From positions 62,001 to 126,000 of the forward strand of contig CDMY01000293.1 in assembly GCA_001179505.1 (NCBI GenBank): a DNA stretch of 64,000 nt, read 5' to 3'. How positions within the stretch are numbered: position 1 is the first letter of the stretch; each line of letters opens with the position of its first letter. Made by a program: the position numbers and the translations under genes. The notes below the pieces were generated by a model, which searched no databases, was not told the origin of the DNA, and saw only the letters and a list, made by a program, of their open reading frames with translations. Of the stretch, positions 61,530 to 64,000 are shown one piece after another. The stretch is from Vitrella brassicaformis CCMP3155 (lineage: Eukaryota; Protista; Chromerida).

Positions 61530-63345
61530 TTATTGCGGTACGGGTGTCCTCTCCGACGCTTCCACGCGCTTGATCATGGCCTGAGCCAACTCGGCAACCT
61601 CCTTGTCCTCACACTGCACACACCAGTGTCAATGTCTCCATTGAAAGAGGGCGTGTGACAGTTTGTGTCTGTATGCTCGTCTCTCTTACGTCGCAAAGCG
61701 CCCGAACCCTCGCCTCAGCCCCTGCAGACCGATAGACCGACGGATGGAGAGACATCCACATGAAGCAGGTGGCCGCGGAGAATACCTGCCCTCTTTACGG
61801 CTTCAAGCAGCTCGGGGACGGCCTCACCATCAACCTACACACACACAAAGACAAGGACCGGCTTGCCGTCGCATGTGTTTGTCGTCTGTGTGGATGCGGG
61901 GTCTTGTGCGTTGCCCACGTACAACGACAAGGTCTTCCAGGTTGGGGAGGGTCTCAAACTGTGTGTCCCAATTCGACTCCCCATCCGCACCCACAGAATG
62001 ACTGCACATACACCACACCACACCACACCACACGCACCACCACGCCACATACATACATCACATGACATCACCTTACAGCCCGTGTGTCTCTCCTCTCCTG
62101 CAGCATACGGTATGCATAACATACCAGTCCAGCAGCTCCACCAGCGGCTGCACACCCCCCATACGAACAAAGGCGTTCCGGCACTCACAACCTGTGTTTA
62201 TTGTGCACCCGTCAAGGGAGACAAGAAGAGACATGACATGTACTCTGCCAAATCAATCCGGTCGATGGGCTCGGCTCACTCTGCGAGTAGACATTTCTCA
62301 ATGTGGAGGCCGTGGCGGCCCTCATGCCCTCTATCGGCGACCTGAGGTGGGGGACCAGCGGGGCGAACCCACCCGCCTTGTATATCGCCATGCAATTCGC
62401 TGAGTCTGTCACACACACACACAGGCACAGAAGAGAGAAGGACAGACACACGGACTTTGGTGTGTCATGTGTAGCGTGTAGTTTGGTTACTCTCGACAGT
62501 GAGGAAAGACAAGGCCACGACGGCCGCCTGCACACGATCGTCTTCCTGATCATCGATGGGACGGGAGACACGATGAATGTCGGCACAGCACACATCTCTC
62601 TCTGCCTTCTCTTTTCCCCCTGCCGTCATCTCATCTTGCCCACCCTCGACGAAAGAAACGCCACGAGCGGCGGGATGGCTCCCGCCTCGCGTATTGTGTC
62701 CTTCACGCCCGCTTCTGACAACGACACACTGGATGACCATCCATCCGTCCATCCGTGTGTGTCGCCCTCCCTCCCTCACACTGACTTTCTGTCGACGACG
62801 CGAGAATGGCCAGCTGCGTGGCGGCCAGCGCACCGACAGTGGTTGGATCCTGGGCCCACGGATGCATCCTCTCCTCCAACTTGGTTATCTGGATGGACGC
62901 CACACACACAGAGAGGCCTGGCGTTATGAATTCGCCTCCCTCTGCCTACCTACCTACCTTTTGGTCAGACTTGAGGAGGCTGACAAACTCGGCATAGTCG
63001 TCCGTCTCAAACGCCAAATCAAACCGCTCGCAGTCATCCCCCGGCCTGAACAAGAAAGACACGCCACTAACTCATTCAACGCAACCAACAAATGGCACTT
63101 GCATTGCGTGACGCAATCAAGAACAGAAATCGCGACCTTTGTCGGCCTTACTTTGAGTGTTTCTCGCCCCGATGCTTGTCGCCCAGCGGCGGGAGAGCAT
63201 CGGGGCGCTCACGGGCAGCACGCGCCTTCACTTCCGCATCCTGCACACAACCAACCCACACATACAAGAGAACCAAGCGGAATTCACATGAAAAAACACT
63301 AGGGCAGCTCACCGTCCTCTCAGCGCAGCAGCATGCCTGACCCAT
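61530..63345 (-). CDS. ARO: Armadillo-repeats-only (ARO) protein orthologue, N-terminally acylated
   Basis: MGQACCC start; ERFDLAFETDDYAEFVSLL...ITKLEERMHPWAQDPTTVGALAATQLAILAS, KDTIREAGAIPPLV, DRVQAAVVALSFL, PIEGMRAATASTLRNVY, GGVQPLVELL, DGEAVPELLEAVK closely follow apicomplexan ARO as I recall it (MHPWAADPKTIGALSATQLAILAS; DRVHAAVVALSFLS). Confidence 0.92.
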
Positions 63346-63590
63346 GGCTGAGGTCACGGGCAGAGGTCGGTTGGTGTATGGGTTTGACGGGCCACCCATT
63401 TGCGAGCTAAGCTCGCAGACGATCCCAAGCTTCACAAGGAAAGAGAGGAGTACATCGTCAGCGAGTGTGTCAGCGCGCATCGCGCTCAGCAGATCAGCGC
63501 CAGCATCGAATCGCGCAGTCGTGTTGATCTGAGATCCCTTCGGTCGGCGAAGGAAGGGCATTGGAGGGAGCCGAGGCGAGAGGCGGCAAG

Positions 63591-64000
63591 ATGGCGGCCA
63601 ACCTGGACCAGTTTCATGGAGGTGAGCTGAGGGGAGGGCGGCAGAGTGGCAGATCTGGGCAGTGGAGAGGGTGGGGGAGGGACCTGACGCGCGCAGGGTG
63701 TTTGGCCGCTGCTGGGATGGCTGACGTGGCTGTGGATGCACTGGCGGACCTTGGATGATGTGATGTGTCGTTCTGTGTGTGTGGTTGTGTTGTGTGTGGT
63801 CAGCTGAGGTTCGTGTGAAGACGACGGATGGCGCTGAGCATCAGGGGCGCATCTTCTGTTACGACGTCACCAACTGCTGTGCGCCCTTCCAGTCTGTCAT
63901 CCTCCGTGAGCCGACCACTCACGCACACGGACCCGCAGCCAGCCAGACACACAAGGGCCGTCCGTTTGGTGAATGAGTCATTGGGAATGCTGTCTAACTG
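63591..64000 (+). CDS. 5' part of an Lsm-domain protein (Lsm12-like), runs off the window
   Basis: MAANLDQFHG/AEVRVKTTDGAEHQGRIFCYDVTNCCAPFQSVIL fits the Sm1 motif pattern; GT-AG introns. Confidence 0.5.

Noticed and set aside
1-64000. tRNA, rRNA, snoRNA (including within fibrillarin introns), dinoflagellate-type spliced-leader relics, and transposase/RT ORFs
   Set aside because: None was recognisable by eye. tRNAscan-SE, Infernal and RepeatModeler would be needed to exclude them.

Overview
Eukaryotic, GC-rich, intron-dense nuclear DNA with microsatellite-laden introns and five ~300-N scaffold gaps. The content (an apicomplexan ARO orthologue, plastid-targeted HemB with a bipartite leader, DUF1997) points to a chromerid alga such as Vitrella; this is inference. 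About 22 gene models were built by hand-splicing GT-AG exons. Recognisable genes are SSRP1/POB3, fibrillarin, HemB/ALAD, Tim9, ARO, an atypical ARF-like GTPase, a DUF1997 protein, an ankyrin-repeat protein and the start of an Lsm12-like gene. The most unusual item is a 13-exon gene (220-3068, minus) that splices in frame into a HAD 5'(3')-deoxyribonucleotidase domain fused to a GT2/GT7C glycosyltransferase. Also notable are a 4.8-27 kb cluster of predicted secreted proteins (including a near-identical tandem pair, one copy bracketed by inverted repeats, and a Cys/His-repeat protein), an intact/pseudogene pair of membrane-protein genes, a DUSP-fold pseudophosphatase, a candidate 50-aa spliced microprotein and a 55-bp head-to-head gene pair. 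No rRNA, tRNA, CRISPR array or transposase was recognised. Gene ends and exon boundaries are manual and approximate unless stated.
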